From Candidatus Sigynarchaeum calidifontis (lineage in GTDB: Archaea; Asgardarchaeota; Lokiarchaeia; Sigyniarchaeales; Sigyniarchaeaceae), in assembly GCA_030587475.2 (NCBI GenBank), contig JAUQYZ020000035.1, forward strand, positions 10,296 to 74,295: 64,000 bases of DNA, given 5' to 3'. Both the position numbers and the translations under genes were made by a program. This document shows, piece by piece, positions 42,152 to 52,116 of the stretch (positions are counted from its first letter, which is position 1; every line of letters begins with the position of its first letter). The notes under the pieces are model-generated. The model made no database searches. It had not been told where the DNA came from and saw nothing but the letters and a program-made list of their open reading frames with translations.

Positions 42152-43399
42152 CTATTTTATATTCACCCATAACGTCCCGTTCACGAATTTATTCTTACCT
42201 GGCTTGATAGTATTGGTCTCGTGCAGGGCAATCAAGTCCATCAAGACACTCGTCTGGTCATCGACGGTCACATCTCTTCCCCCAAGGCCCCAGACCGCTG
42301 GAAGGTAGGTTATGTTGCCGCCGAGCCGTTGCAGGACAGAATAGAACTCTGAACTCAAGTGGCCTCCAGTTGGAGAACCGTAGGCAATGCTCCGGTCGGC
42401 AACCACGATCCCCTTGATTTTCTTTCTCTTCAAGAGATCGAGAAAATCACTCACGGGGAACGGACGGAAATAACGCAATTTGATCGAACCGGCTTTTATC
42501 CCTTGGTCCCTCAACAGATCCACGGCGATCTGGACTTGTTCTGATAGAGCGCCAACGGTTATCACGATGTACTCTGCATCGTCGCAGCGGTAGGGTTCGA
42601 TCAAGCCTTGATAATTCCTGCCGAATTGTTTACCAAATTCTTGGATGACTTTTTTTATTATCGGGATTGTTTTGGTCATGGTATCGTGAATCTTGAATCG
42701 AAATTCCATGTATTCTTGATTAGGCATGACGAGATTTCCGTGGACGATCGGCCTTTCTGGATCCAGGTATACATGTTGCCACCCGTTTGGAGGTACTGGC
42801 GGCAAGAATGCATCGACGTCCTTTTGTGACGGGATGGTGACCGGCTTCGACGTGTGGGATTGAGAGAACCCTCCATATACCACGAAAACGGGGAGCATCA
42901 CGTCTGGATTTTCTGCGATCTTGTAATTCATGATCACCGCGTCAAAAATTTCTTGATGCGTGGATGCGAACTGGATCAGCCACCCGCTATCCCTCATGCT
43001 GAGCACGTCACTATAATCGACCCAGATGTTCCACGGCGGCGCGATCCCGCGAGAGGCTATCGTCGTGACAACTGGTAACCTGCATCCTGCAACCCAGTGC
43101 ACCATTTCGGTCATGTATAATAGCCCTTGGCCACTGGTTGCCGTGAAGGTGCGTGCTCCTGTCATGGACGCGCCAACCATTCCCGCCATGACCGTGTGCT
43201 CGCTCTCTACACGAATAAACTGTGCTTTCATGGCTCCCGAGTCCACGAAGTCAGACAGCGTTTCCATGACGGTAGTTTGGGGCGTGATCGGGTAAGCTGT
43301 TATAACGTGAACCTTGGCCCTTCTTGCTGCCCATGCAGCGGCCTCGTTGCCCGTCAAGATCAGCGTCTCTTCCTTGTCCTCAGCACTCGTTGCTCTCAC
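42152..43399 (-). CDS. porA: 2-oxoacid:ferredoxin oxidoreductase alpha subunit
   Basis: GNEAAA, YPITPQT, ESEH, TATSGQGL, FRPFP, GLGGRD; start uncertain (GTG 43399 or ACG 43390). Confidence 0.93.
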   Translation of the reverse strand: MRATSAEDKEETLILTGNEAAAWAARRAKVHVITAYPITPQTTVMETLSDFVDSGAMKAQFIRVESEHTVMAGMVGASMTGARTFTATSGQGLLYMTEMVHWVAGCRLPVVTTIASRGIAPPWNIWVDYSDVLSMRDSGWLIQFASTHQEIFDAVIMNYKIAENPDVMLPVFVVYGGFSQSHTSKPVTIPSQKDVDAFLPPVPPNGWQHVYLDPERPIVHGNLVMPNQEYMEFRFKIHDTMTKTIPIIKKVIQEFGKQFGRNYQGLIEPYRCDDAEYIVITVGALSEQVQIAVDLLRDQGIKAGSIKLRYFRPFPVSDFLDLLKRKKIKGIVVADRSIAYGSPTGGHLSSEFYSVLQRLGGNITYLPAVWGLGGRDVTVDDQTSVLMDLIALHETNTIKPGKNKFVNGTLWVNIK

Positions 43400-43745
43400 C
43401 TTGATTTTCTCGTATGAAATCGATGGCTTTCTTGGGGCATTCATGAACGCAGATACCGCAACCCTTGCAGTAGTCATAGTCGATCGCCGGGCCGAATTCC
43501 TTGTTGAAGGAAATCGTTCCCTCTGGGCAAAATGTATAGCAGAAGCCGCATTTGTTGCATAGTTGTTGATCGATGACCGGTCTGAACGTGCGCCATTCCC
43601 CGGTTTTGCCGATGCTCCCTGGTACTCCCACCGAGACGGGTATATGAGGCAATTCGTCCGAGCTCTTAAAAGAAGGCAGCGGTTTGAATTGCTTGCCTCT
43701 ATTCACTTTTTTATTCACGTGCGTCCACCTTAATGGTTTTTTCAT
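43380..43745 (-). CDS. porD: 2-oxoacid:ferredoxin oxidoreductase delta subunit (2x[4Fe-4S])
   Basis: TGEWRTFRP, CNKCGFCYTFCP, YCKGCGICVHECP. Confidence 0.94.
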   Translation of the reverse strand: MKKPLRWTHVNKKVNRGKQFKPLPSFKSSDELPHIPVSVGVPGSIGKTGEWRTFRPVIDQQLCNKCGFCYTFCPEGTISFNKEFGPAIDYDYCKGCGICVHECPKKAIDFIRENQGESNEC

Positions 43746-44286
43746 AGGCTTGCTTGGCGGCTTGAAAGTTCAGATCGGCTTTCTTCCCGAAGAACTCGTC
43801 GAGCACCTTTTTCACGCTTTCTAGCTTGATCAAACCGCTTGCCTTTGCAAACGCGCCGATCATGGCGACGTTCACGACGGGTTGACCTGCAACCGTGAGC
43901 TTCAAATCGATGGCTATTTTCGTTGCAGGAACTTCAAACACGGTCACAGATGATGAAAACTTGTATCTGTTAGCGTTTTCCGTGTTGAGAATGGCAATTG
44001 TATTTGAAATGGATGATAATATCGCCGGGTAATGCAATAAAGACTCATCCAGGATGAGAATGTAATCCGGATTGGTGATCGCATCTATCCGCTTGATGAC
44101 ATGGTTCGATATCCGCAAGTATGCCTTGATCGGGGCACCTCGCCTCTCGGCACCGATGATCGGGATCGCCATGATGTCCTTGAAACCGTCGACGAACGCG
44201 GCCTTGCCGAGGATCTTGTTCCCAAGGATGCCTCCTTGCCCGCCCCTGCTCAACACCGTGATCTCTATTAATTTTTGCTCATCCAT
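43711..44286 (-). CDS. porG: 2-oxoacid:ferredoxin oxidoreductase gamma subunit
   Basis: RGGQG, GAERRGAP, NVAMIGA motifs. Confidence 0.93.
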   Translation of the reverse strand: MDEQKLIEITVLSRGGQGGILGNKILGKAAFVDGFKDIMAIPIIGAERRGAPIKAYLRISNHVIKRIDAITNPDYILILDESLLHYPAILSSISNTIAILNTENANRYKFSSSVTVFEVPATKIAIDLKLTVAGQPVVNVAMIGAFAKASGLIKLESVKKVLDEFFGKKADLNFQAAKQAYEKTIKVDARE

Positions 44287-44427
44287 CGATATCCTTGCTC
44301 GTATCGTTTCTGAACATCGTGAGACAATTTTCACCCTAACTATCACTCGTTACTACGCGTTCTGAACATGTGAATCCAACCATTAAGGGATTCATATACA
44401 ATTGCGTTGAGAATGGAAGCCGGGAAT

Positions 44428-45192
44428 TCAATTAATTGCCCCCTTGATGATGTCGACTAGCGATTTGGCATCCAAGGAGGCGCCACCCACGAGCCCGCCG
44501 TCGATATCGGGCTGTGAAAAAAGTTCCTTGGCATTTTCTGGCTTGATGCTGCCCCCGTATTGGATCCTGGTCGTTCGTGAAACGTCTTGATCGTACATCG
44601 AAGCTAGTAGCTTTCGCACGTAGGCATGTGCTTCTTGTGCTTGTGCTGGCGTTGCAGTCAATCCCGTTCCTATTGCCCAAACCGGTTCGTACGCGATGAC
44701 GATGCTGGTCATCTCGTCCTTGTTGATTCCATTCAAGGATCCGGTTAGTTGTTCCTTCAAAACCAGTTCTGTCTTACCCGCGATTCTCTCGTCCTTCGTC
44801 TCGCCGATGCATAGGATCGGCTTTAAACCCTTCTTGACGGCGGTTTTCACTTTCCTAGAGATAAGATCGCTGGTTTCCTTGAAAATTATCCTTCGTTCAG
44901 AATGGCCGAGGATTACATGTGAAGCTCCCACTTCAAGTAACATGTTTGCCGAGATCTCCCCCGTGAAAGCGCCTTTTTCCTCGAAATACATGTTCTGTCC
45001 ACCCGTGTAGATCTTTTTGCCTTTCAAGACTTCAGAAATAGCGTGAATGGCGGTAAACGGGGGAAAAATCACGATATCGACCATCTCAGGTAAATTTTCT
45101 ATTTTTTGCAAGAATTCCTGAATAAAAGACTTGCTCTCGGCAATGGTCTTTTGCATTTTCCAATTTCCGCCAATGATTGGTCGATTTTTCAT
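44428..45192 (-). CDS. tpiA: Triosephosphate isomerase (bacterial/eukaryotic type)
   Basis: GNWKM, GHSERR, AYEPVWAIGTG, YGGS, DGGLVGGASL. Confidence 0.97.
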   Translation of the reverse strand: MKNRPIIGGNWKMQKTIAESKSFIQEFLQKIENLPEMVDIVIFPPFTAIHAISEVLKGKKIYTGGQNMYFEEKGAFTGEISANMLLEVGASHVILGHSERRIIFKETSDLISRKVKTAVKKGLKPILCIGETKDERIAGKTELVLKEQLTGSLNGINKDEMTSIVIAYEPVWAIGTGLTATPAQAQEAHAYVRKLLASMYDQDVSRTTRIQYGGSIKPENAKELFSQPDIDGGLVGGASLDAKSLVDIIKGAIN

Positions 45193-45417
45193 GTTCTTTC
45201 AGCTTTGGGCAGTGTCTCGCCGATCTAACAGAGGCTTTATCAAGGCCGATAATCACTCGCCGCATTTTATTGTTTTCTCAACATCATTCGTTCGATGCCT
45301 GGCACGGAGTTCCACATTAAAAGCCCGGTCGAGGTCGCTTTCGGGTTTCCTCGAATTGATCCGTCTCTCTACCAGCAATAACACACGAGGAACCCCGATC
45401 CTTGTTAGAATGGAATG

Positions 45418-45519
45418 TGCCTCGTACGGGATTTGAACCCGTGTCGCAAGGGTGAGAGCCTATCATGAAAAATTCAAATTGAATTTTTTTGCATGCTGGG
45501 CCATCTACACCAACGAGGC
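45418..45519 (-). tRNA. tRNA-Glu(CTC) with 28-nt intron (45462-45489) at position 28/29
   Basis: Acceptor stem GCCTCGT/ACGAGGC; removing the intron restores CAAGG-CTCTCAC-CCTTG; T arm ACGGG-TTCAAAT-CCCGT; BHB-like motif at the junctions. Confidence 0.92.
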
Positions 45520-45556
45520 TTAAGATAATCGAGTTGCAAGAACAAGGTTTTGGTAC

Positions 45557-45754
45557 CTATGCTTGCCTGGACTTCAACTTGATCATGCTCGTTATATATC
45601 CCGCGATCCTGTTTCTGAGCCTCTTTGTCTTGATGCTCGTTATCTGGTTCAAGATTTGCTTGTTTTCATCGAATACGGTCGAATAGAGCTTTGGTTCCTT
45701 GGCAACCAATTCTTTTGCGACCCGCTTGATGAAGTCCGGCCGAACTTTTCCCAT
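45557..45754 (-). CDS. rps17e: 30S ribosomal protein eS17
   Basis: MGKVRP..IKR, FDENK, KRLRNRIAGYIT. Confidence 0.96.
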   Translation of the reverse strand: MGKVRPDFIKRVAKELVAKEPKLYSTVFDENKQILNQITSIKTKRLRNRIAGYITSMIKLKSRQA

Positions 45755-45837
45755 TCTATCACGCTATCCTTGTCATTTATATGTAATATTCGAAGATCCT
45801 AGTGGCGTTTAAATGATCCCGTAAAATTCTTGGAACG

Positions 45838-47769
45838 ATGTCGAAGATCACGAGAACTGAAGGTTTGGTTCTATTAATCATTGCTCTCGGAACCACGTGC
45901 CTCTTCAATAGTATGACGAGGCAAGCGAGCGGGGAAAATGTATCCTTGATCTCGGTCGCGATAAATGGCCAGGTTCTCACCAGCCATCCAGATACTATCA
46001 TCGAGGCAAGACTCCGGACATCCCTTGAAATAAACGTGACCTGGACCATGTTATATGATCCAAATGCGACTCAAAGCGGCTGGATGCAGATCTCCTTGTA
46101 TAACAACGCGAGCCTCGTGCGCAGCAGTGCATTATTCACGGAAAGTGGTTCCAACATCAGCAGGACGTGGTCTTGCCCCCTCGTTCCAGCAGAATGGACG
46201 CTGCCAAGTTACAAGGAATACGGCCGGGTGGAGGTCGCTTTGAAAATAATCGAAGACGGCATCCTTTGCGACCGTGTTTTAAGAAACTTTACTATCCTGG
46301 TCAAGCCAGAGCAGTTGAACGTGTCTCTCTCATCGTACACCTTTAAAAACGCGTCGAACGGGCGCATGGATCACTTGAACGCGAGCTATCGCGTCACGAG
46401 CATCCAGGATCCATCCTTTCACCACCCGGGCCTTCGTTTCTCTTGCGAGATTTTCGACGTGGCCAATTCACTCTTGCACGAGACTGACTTTTATGTCGAC
46501 GCGAGTGGCTTTCTCGACGTGATCATTGACAACGATTACTTGATCCTTCTGGAAGGAAAACGGTTCTTGATCAAGAACCATCCAACGACCTTGATCGAGC
46601 CGATAACCATCGAAACCAGCTTGGCAACCATCGTCAACCGGACCGACGTTCTCTTGTATTACCGCAATCTAACGGAGATCCACGAAGGCAACGCCGTTTT
46701 TATCAATGTAAACATCGATGTCGGGATGTCGCCCGATTGGAATGGCGTCCTCGTTTTTCCACTCTATTATGAGTGGACGGTCTCTACCGCGACGAGAACA
46801 AGGCTCCAGAACGGTTCGGCATTCGCGCTTCTCGGGACGTTAATGTCCATCGGTCTCGACGCGTCCCTCACGCCCATCATCGAGGATTTATTTCTCGATA
46901 TCTGGTTCGAGGGGAATTTTTTCTTCAAAAGCAAGCAAATATCCATCTCTTTGGGGGATCAAGTGATTCGAAAAGAGATCGATATCTATTTAGCGAATCT
47001 AGGCGAGCTCATCGAAAATGGTGCCGGCGACATCCGTTTTCAATTCAACGTGAAGCAAACCACGACTCCAATTGCGTATCACCCCGTCGGGATAAACATC
47101 ATCAACGTGACAAGCGGTGGCTCATTATCCTTGTTGACGTCTATCACCGATGGATTTGGCCGCGCGACGATGTCTTTATCGAAAGACATGATACGTGATC
47201 TAGAGAACGTCCAGGTCGTAATTACAGCTGTTGCAAACCTGACCTTCAAAGAATCGACAAAGACCTTCTCCATGGTCGATTTTTTCACGCGAATGACTCC
47301 GTCGATTCGATTAAACAATGTCTCGTCCGGATTAACCCTATACACCAATGTAGACAATGAAATCTCGATGTCAATTCTCGTGGACGGGGATGTGGATTTC
47401 TTTTCTGGGCGGCAAGCAAAGCTGGTGTTCTTTACGAAAGATCAAGGCGTGATCCAAGAAAATACTTGTTTTATCAAGTCTGGTGGCTTGATAACCTGCC
47501 GGATACCCGTGCACGCCATGCAAGCGGGGATGACCGTGCACGTGGGCGTGGTGATCGATGCAACCATGGTGAGCCAGGAATTGTCCGCGATGGTATCGTT
47601 TCGCGTGAGAGCCATCGTCGATGGGACAAGCAACACCGCAATGCAAGCTTGGATGACTATCATTTTCCTTATTGCGGCTGTCTTCGGCGTGATGGCCGGC
47701 ATCAAGGGCGTGAAAAGGTTTCATCATCGTTTTTTGTCCAAGGAACAATTCACCATTACCGTGGCTTGA
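45838..47769 (+). CDS. Large membrane-anchored extracellular beta-rich protein
   Basis: N-terminal hydrophobic signal, many NxS/T sequons, beta-strand-rich, C-terminal TM helix plus basic tail. Confidence 0.7.
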   Translation: MSKITRTEGLVLLIIALGTTCLFNSMTRQASGENVSLISVAINGQVLTSHPDTIIEARLRTSLEINVTWTMLYDPNATQSGWMQISLYNNASLVRSSALFTESGSNISRTWSCPLVPAEWTLPSYKEYGRVEVALKIIEDGILCDRVLRNFTILVKPEQLNVSLSSYTFKNASNGRMDHLNASYRVTSIQDPSFHHPGLRFSCEIFDVANSLLHETDFYVDASGFLDVIIDNDYLILLEGKRFLIKNHPTTLIEPITIETSLATIVNRTDVLLYYRNLTEIHEGNAVFINVNIDVGMSPDWNGVLVFPLYYEWTVSTATRTRLQNGSAFALLGTLMSIGLDASLTPIIEDLFLDIWFEGNFFFKSKQISISLGDQVIRKEIDIYLANLGELIENGAGDIRFQFNVKQTTTPIAYHPVGINIINVTSGGSLSLLTSITDGFGRATMSLSKDMIRDLENVQVVITAVANLTFKESTKTFSMVDFFTRMTPSIRLNNVSSGLTLYTNVDNEISMSILVDGDVDFFSGRQAKLVFFTKDQGVIQENTCFIKSGGLITCRIPVHAMQAGMTVHVGVVIDATMVSQELSAMVSFRVRAIVDGTSNTAMQAWMTIIFLIAAVFGVMAGIKGVKRFHHRFLSKEQFTITVA

Positions 47770-47962
47770 CCGGCATGCACCAGTTTCCATTTCTTCAAGT
47801 ACAGGCAAGACCCGGCTGATCGCCTGTGATACTGAAAATGATCGCTTCGGAGTTTTGTCTTCTTGTAATGTTTGTGTATTCTACAATGATCACTTGTCGA
47901 AATACCCCGGTGTCATTCATCTATTAACACCGACCCCACGTCATTTGCCTTGGTGATATTAG

Positions 47963-49063
47963 ATGAAGAGCTTGATCGAACAAGCAATTGTCCACAAGCG
48001 TGACATCGAGCGCCCGAAAAACCCCATTGGCTTGGCCAAAATACTCATCATCGGAGCCGGTGGTGCCGGAAATAATACCGTTGATAGACTGATGAGAATC
48101 GGTATCCGTGGCGCTGAATGCATTGCAGTTAACACTGATCAACAACATCTTGATTTCATTAAAGCCCATAAGAAAGTATTGATCGGTGAAAAAATCACAC
48201 GCGGTCTCGGGGCGGGGGGCCATCCAGAGGTCGGTGCAGCTGCGGCTGAGGAGTCCCGCGCGCTCTTGAAGGCAGAGATTGATGGATCGGACCTTGTCTT
48301 TATCACCTGTGGCGAAGGCGGTGGAACAGGTTCGGGTAGCGCTCCCGTCATAGGCGAGATAGCAAAGAGTATCGGTGCTATCGTCGTCGGCGTCGTCACG
48401 CTGCCGTTCAAATCGGAGGGAATTCGAGTTGAAAAGGCAAAGGAGGCGATCCGGGCGCTACGCGAGAACGTGGACACGCTGGTCGTTATCGACAATAACA
48501 AGCTGCTCGAGATTGCCCCGGATCTTCCCATCGAAGATGCATTCAGCATAGCCGATGAAATTTTAGCTACGATGGTAAAAGGCATAACTGAAACGATTGC
48601 TTTGCCTTCATTGATAAACTTGGACTATGCTGATGTCCGAACCACGTTGTGTTCCGGCGGCGTGACGATCGTTGGTATTGGGGAATCTGATGATCCGCAG
48701 AACAAGGCAGAAAAAGCCATAAACGATGCATTCAGTTCACCATTACTCGAGGTCGACATCACGGGTGCGAAAGGTGCCTTGATCCACGTCACTGGCGGGA
48801 GATCGATGACGCTTCGCGAAGTGACCGCTGTAACGGAAATCGTCAAGCAGAAGATGGATCCCAATGCAATGGTCATCTGGGGTGCACGCGTGGATCCAAA
48901 ACTCGATGGTACCTTGCGCGTCATGCTACTCATCACGGGCGTGAAATCCCCGCAGATGCTTGGTCCGCTCGAGAACAAGTTCATCGGTAATGCCAACGGT
49001 TCCCTCGTGAATAGAAGGATATCGTTGTTGGACGTGGATAACCTGCCACAATTCCAAGATTGA
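47963..49063 (+). CDS. ftsZ: Cell division protein FtsZ (FtsZ2-like)
   Basis: GAGGAGNN, GLGAGG, GGGTGSG tubulin signature, PSLINLDYAD T7 loop. Confidence 0.96.
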   Translation: MKSLIEQAIVHKRDIERPKNPIGLAKILIIGAGGAGNNTVDRLMRIGIRGAECIAVNTDQQHLDFIKAHKKVLIGEKITRGLGAGGHPEVGAAAAEESRALLKAEIDGSDLVFITCGEGGGTGSGSAPVIGEIAKSIGAIVVGVVTLPFKSEGIRVEKAKEAIRALRENVDTLVVIDNNKLLEIAPDLPIEDAFSIADEILATMVKGITETIALPSLINLDYADVRTTLCSGGVTIVGIGESDDPQNKAEKAINDAFSSPLLEVDITGAKGALIHVTGGRSMTLREVTAVTEIVKQKMDPNAMVIWGARVDPKLDGTLRVMLLITGVKSPQMLGPLENKFIGNANGSLVNRRISLLDVDNLPQFQD

Positions 49064-49098
49064 ACGGCGTGTGGCGTGATTCAATCCCACGGATGGGC

Positions 49099-49108
49099 TT
49101 TTTTTTTC
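49099..49108 (+). terminator. Oligo-T terminator candidate after ftsZ
   Basis: Run of about 9 T preceded by a short GC segment, about 35 nt after the stop. Confidence 0.45.
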
Positions 49109-49216
49109 ACTAATTCGTTGGTGCTCGTCCTTTTAAAACAGCCGGGTTTCCACCATGTACTTGCATCCTTGCATGTCGATGCCTTCTAATGAAATGGTGG
49201 AAAAGGTGCTTGCCCG

Positions 49217-50407
49217 GTGATATCCTTCATCAAAGAGGAGCTCGATCGTAATAGTGTCTTTATTGACGAATCGAAGCTAGGGGTGGATTTCATTCCAGAG
49301 AAACTCATCCATCGAGATGAAGAGATCCGGCAATTAGCTCAGATATTTCTCCCTCTGCTAAAATCTAGCCATTTCTCGTCGAAAAACGCGATAATCACCG
49401 GTCCGAATGGATCAGGAAAGACCGCCTTGAGCAAGAGTTTCGGACTCTCGATCGAAGGAATCGCAAAAGACTTCGATAAGAACATCAAATACATCCATAT
49501 AAACTGTCGATTGAACAAATCAAATTACCTAATCATCAAGAAAATAATTGGTACTTTGTGTAGTGATATCCCCGAAAAAGGATATTCGATTTATGAATTG
49601 TTATCATTGCTGAAGAAGATATTGGATTCAAGGGATATGCACATCATTCTAACCCTCGATGAGATGAATTTCTTGAACATTAAACAGGATAATCTTATTT
49701 ACATGCTGAACAGGCTGAACGACGACTCGATAGATGGTAATTCGCGTGTCTCGATCATCGGCATCGAAAAGAACATGACCTTTATCCACAACCTCGACTT
49801 GAGCACGATATCTTCATTCCAATATAACATCGTTTCTTTCGCTCCTTATACCCCCGATCAAATCTTCGACATTTTACGTGCACGTGCTGCTATTTCGCTT
49901 CAGGAAGATGCATATTCGGATGATATATTGCATTTCATCTCGAACATCACTGCACGGAATGGGGACATGCGATATTCCCTCGAGATCCTGTACAAGGCCG
50001 GAAAATATGCGGATCGGCATGGTCTCTCCAAAATCACGCCGGAATGCATCCGGCATGCTCAAGATTGTACCAGAGAGAATGTTGATCTGAACTCGTTGAA
50101 AAACATGACGCAGAATGAAAAGATCGTTTTATTGGCGATATGCCGTGCTTTGATTGCATCTAAATCTAGCACGGTAACGATGACCGAGCTCAAGCAAGAA
50201 TACAGCGTCGTTTGCGAGGAATTGGAATGCGAAATGGTGAGGAAATCGCAGCTATATTTCATCGTCTCCCGGCTGAAGCAACTTGAATTCATCACCATCG
50301 CCCCTCCCGCGACTAAGAAAAAGGGGGACAATTCGACGGTGAGCATGGATAGCATACCCGCTCAAGCACTTGCCTCCGAACTACTCAAGCAACTAAGGAT
50401 GGTGTAA
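49217..50407 (+). CDS. cdc6: Orc1/Cdc6 replication initiator
   Basis: FIPEKLIHRDEE, GPNGSGKT, INC, LDE, FAPYTPDQIFDILRARA, GDMR, C-terminal winged helix. Confidence 0.93.
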   Translation: MISFIKEELDRNSVFIDESKLGVDFIPEKLIHRDEEIRQLAQIFLPLLKSSHFSSKNAIITGPNGSGKTALSKSFGLSIEGIAKDFDKNIKYIHINCRLNKSNYLIIKKIIGTLCSDIPEKGYSIYELLSLLKKILDSRDMHIILTLDEMNFLNIKQDNLIYMLNRLNDDSIDGNSRVSIIGIEKNMTFIHNLDLSTISSFQYNIVSFAPYTPDQIFDILRARAAISLQEDAYSDDILHFISNITARNGDMRYSLEILYKAGKYADRHGLSKITPECIRHAQDCTRENVDLNSLKNMTQNEKIVLLAICRALIASKSSTVTMTELKQEYSVVCEELECEMVRKSQLYFIVSRLKQLEFITIAPPATKKKGDNSTVSMDSIPAQALASELLKQLRMV

Positions 50408-50410
50408 TAA

Positions 50411-50755
50411 ATGTTGGAAGCAAACGTAAAAAACCAGTGGATAGACGTGGATGTGGAAGAATTGTTTTGTAGTCGACTACGGATAAAAATATTGAAAATA
50501 CTTGCTCGATATGGAGAAATTAATATCTCTGCTCTCGTGAAAGAAACCGCTTCAAATCATGCTGAAATCCTTAAAAATATCTCGTACCTGCGGCAAAAAG
50601 ATCTCCTGGAAGAAAAATTCTTCGGCCGAATCCACATCGTGCGGATGCGGAAGGAAACCCTTCTTGGAAAGGTGATAACGGATTTCTTTAATTTTTTTAC
50701 TTACTCGACTTCCGGGGATTTTATAAGAGTCTATGAAAAAGAAAAACATGATTGA
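50411..50755 (+). CDS. Winged-helix DNA-binding protein
   Basis: LFCSRLRIKILKILARYGEINISAL...GRIHIVR wHTH pattern. Confidence 0.8.
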   Translation: MLEANVKNQWIDVDVEELFCSRLRIKILKILARYGEINISALVKETASNHAEILKNISYLRQKDLLEEKFFGRIHIVRMRKETLLGKVITDFFNFFTYSTSGDFIRVYEKEKHD

Positions 50756-51518
50756 TAATTCACTAAGTACTGCGGAACGCCAAGAAGCAGCGCAAGTGCT
50801 TGAGAAATATCGAAAAAAATACATGTGTGGCATGGGGCCCTTTCTCGGCAAAGTGATCACGAAGGCAATCGAATCCGATACCGGGCGGGAAACGCTTTCA
50901 AAACTCACGGAACAATTCTTCAATTCCACCTACTTCAACAACATCAGCAACGACGGCTTGCCGCAGAACACGAGGGTTCTTCTTGGTTTTGACGTGTGGC
51001 AAACTCCTTGCAAGGTGGAACATATCAGGTGCTTGGACGACAAACATATATTGACCGGTTTGATGTACGGGAACATCAACGCCTCCATCGATGATAGTAA
51101 AATCGATAAGATCCCTGGCCATCTAGATTTCTTTGTAAAACAAAAGGATGACAAAGATCGAGATGTTTATATTTATCCTTACGTGATGGAATGTGTTTTT
51201 TCAAGTTTTGAACAAGCTTTCTTGTTTATACGGGCGTTTTGGTATTTTATCGAAGCGCGTGTTCTCCTCCATTTGGTAGGTGGCACTCTTGATGAACAAA
51301 CGTGCAGCGCGTTGAAGATATACACAGATTTACGACGATCCCTGGTATCGCCTTTTGTTCACGATAATTTCCCGGAACGGCATTATTATACCAAGGTAAA
51401 TGCGACCACGGCTGCTGAACTCGAGACTTTCTATGACAAGCATCTGTTTTCAAAACTCAGGATAGTGCAGCGCAAAGCCTTAATTATTGCACGGGTGGTA
51501 GCTCGTGGCGAAACATAA
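50733..51518 (+). CDS. Hypothetical protein
   Basis: 261-aa ORF overlapping both neighbours; no motif recognised. Confidence 0.65.
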   Translation: MKKKNMIDNSLSTAERQEAAQVLEKYRKKYMCGMGPFLGKVITKAIESDTGRETLSKLTEQFFNSTYFNNISNDGLPQNTRVLLGFDVWQTPCKVEHIRCLDDKHILTGLMYGNINASIDDSKIDKIPGHLDFFVKQKDDKDRDVYIYPYVMECVFSSFEQAFLFIRAFWYFIEARVLLHLVGGTLDEQTCSALKIYTDLRRSLVSPFVHDNFPERHYYTKVNATTAAELETFYDKHLFSKLRIVQRKALIIARVVARGET

Positions 51519-52116
51519 GCGAGAATCCCTTCTCAGGGTCACTATTTCTTGTGCCATCATATTCTGTTCTATCTTTTCGGCAATGATGATCATATCGAGT
51601 ACGTGCTCGCCGTACGTAATCATGTCCGACTCCATGGAGCCCGTTTTGCATATTGGCGATGTCGTTTTCGTCAATCGCGACTTTGATCCCAACGAGGTCA
51701 AGTTCGGTCCTGATGGTGACATATTGGTTGTTGAAAACTATTCGATCTTCGTGGATAACGGGGTCCCAGCTTCCTTCTATGCCCATTTAGATAGCAAGAC
51801 TCCCATTATCCACCGCGCGATCGATAAACGCGTGTTAGGCGAAAAAATATATTTTATAACCAAAGGTGACAATAACCCATATGCTGATGGCTGTATCAAG
51901 TATGTAAATTGGACAAGCAGCGATTACAGCTTAATCGAATTGAATTCTTCGAATCCAGTTCCCGTACCGTCAGAGTCCATTATCGGCATAGTCGTCGCGA
52001 TCGTGCCCTTTATCGGGAACTTCAAGATACATGCAACCACCATCAGCATTCACGTATTCGCCGTTTTATCTATTATATTGATAATCAATCTATGGAAAAA
52101 AAGGTGCCGTCTATAA
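51505..52116 (+). CDS. Signal peptidase I (archaeal/Sec11 type)
   Basis: SDSMEP..GD, PIIHR (Ser-His), ITKGDNN..D. Confidence 0.92.
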   Translation: MAKHKRESLLRVTISCAIIFCSIFSAMMIISSTCSPYVIMSDSMEPVLHIGDVVFVNRDFDPNEVKFGPDGDILVVENYSIFVDNGVPASFYAHLDSKTPIIHRAIDKRVLGEKIYFITKGDNNPYADGCIKYVNWTSSDYSLIELNSSNPVPVPSESIIGIVVAIVPFIGNFKIHATTISIHVFAVLSIILIINLWKKRCRL

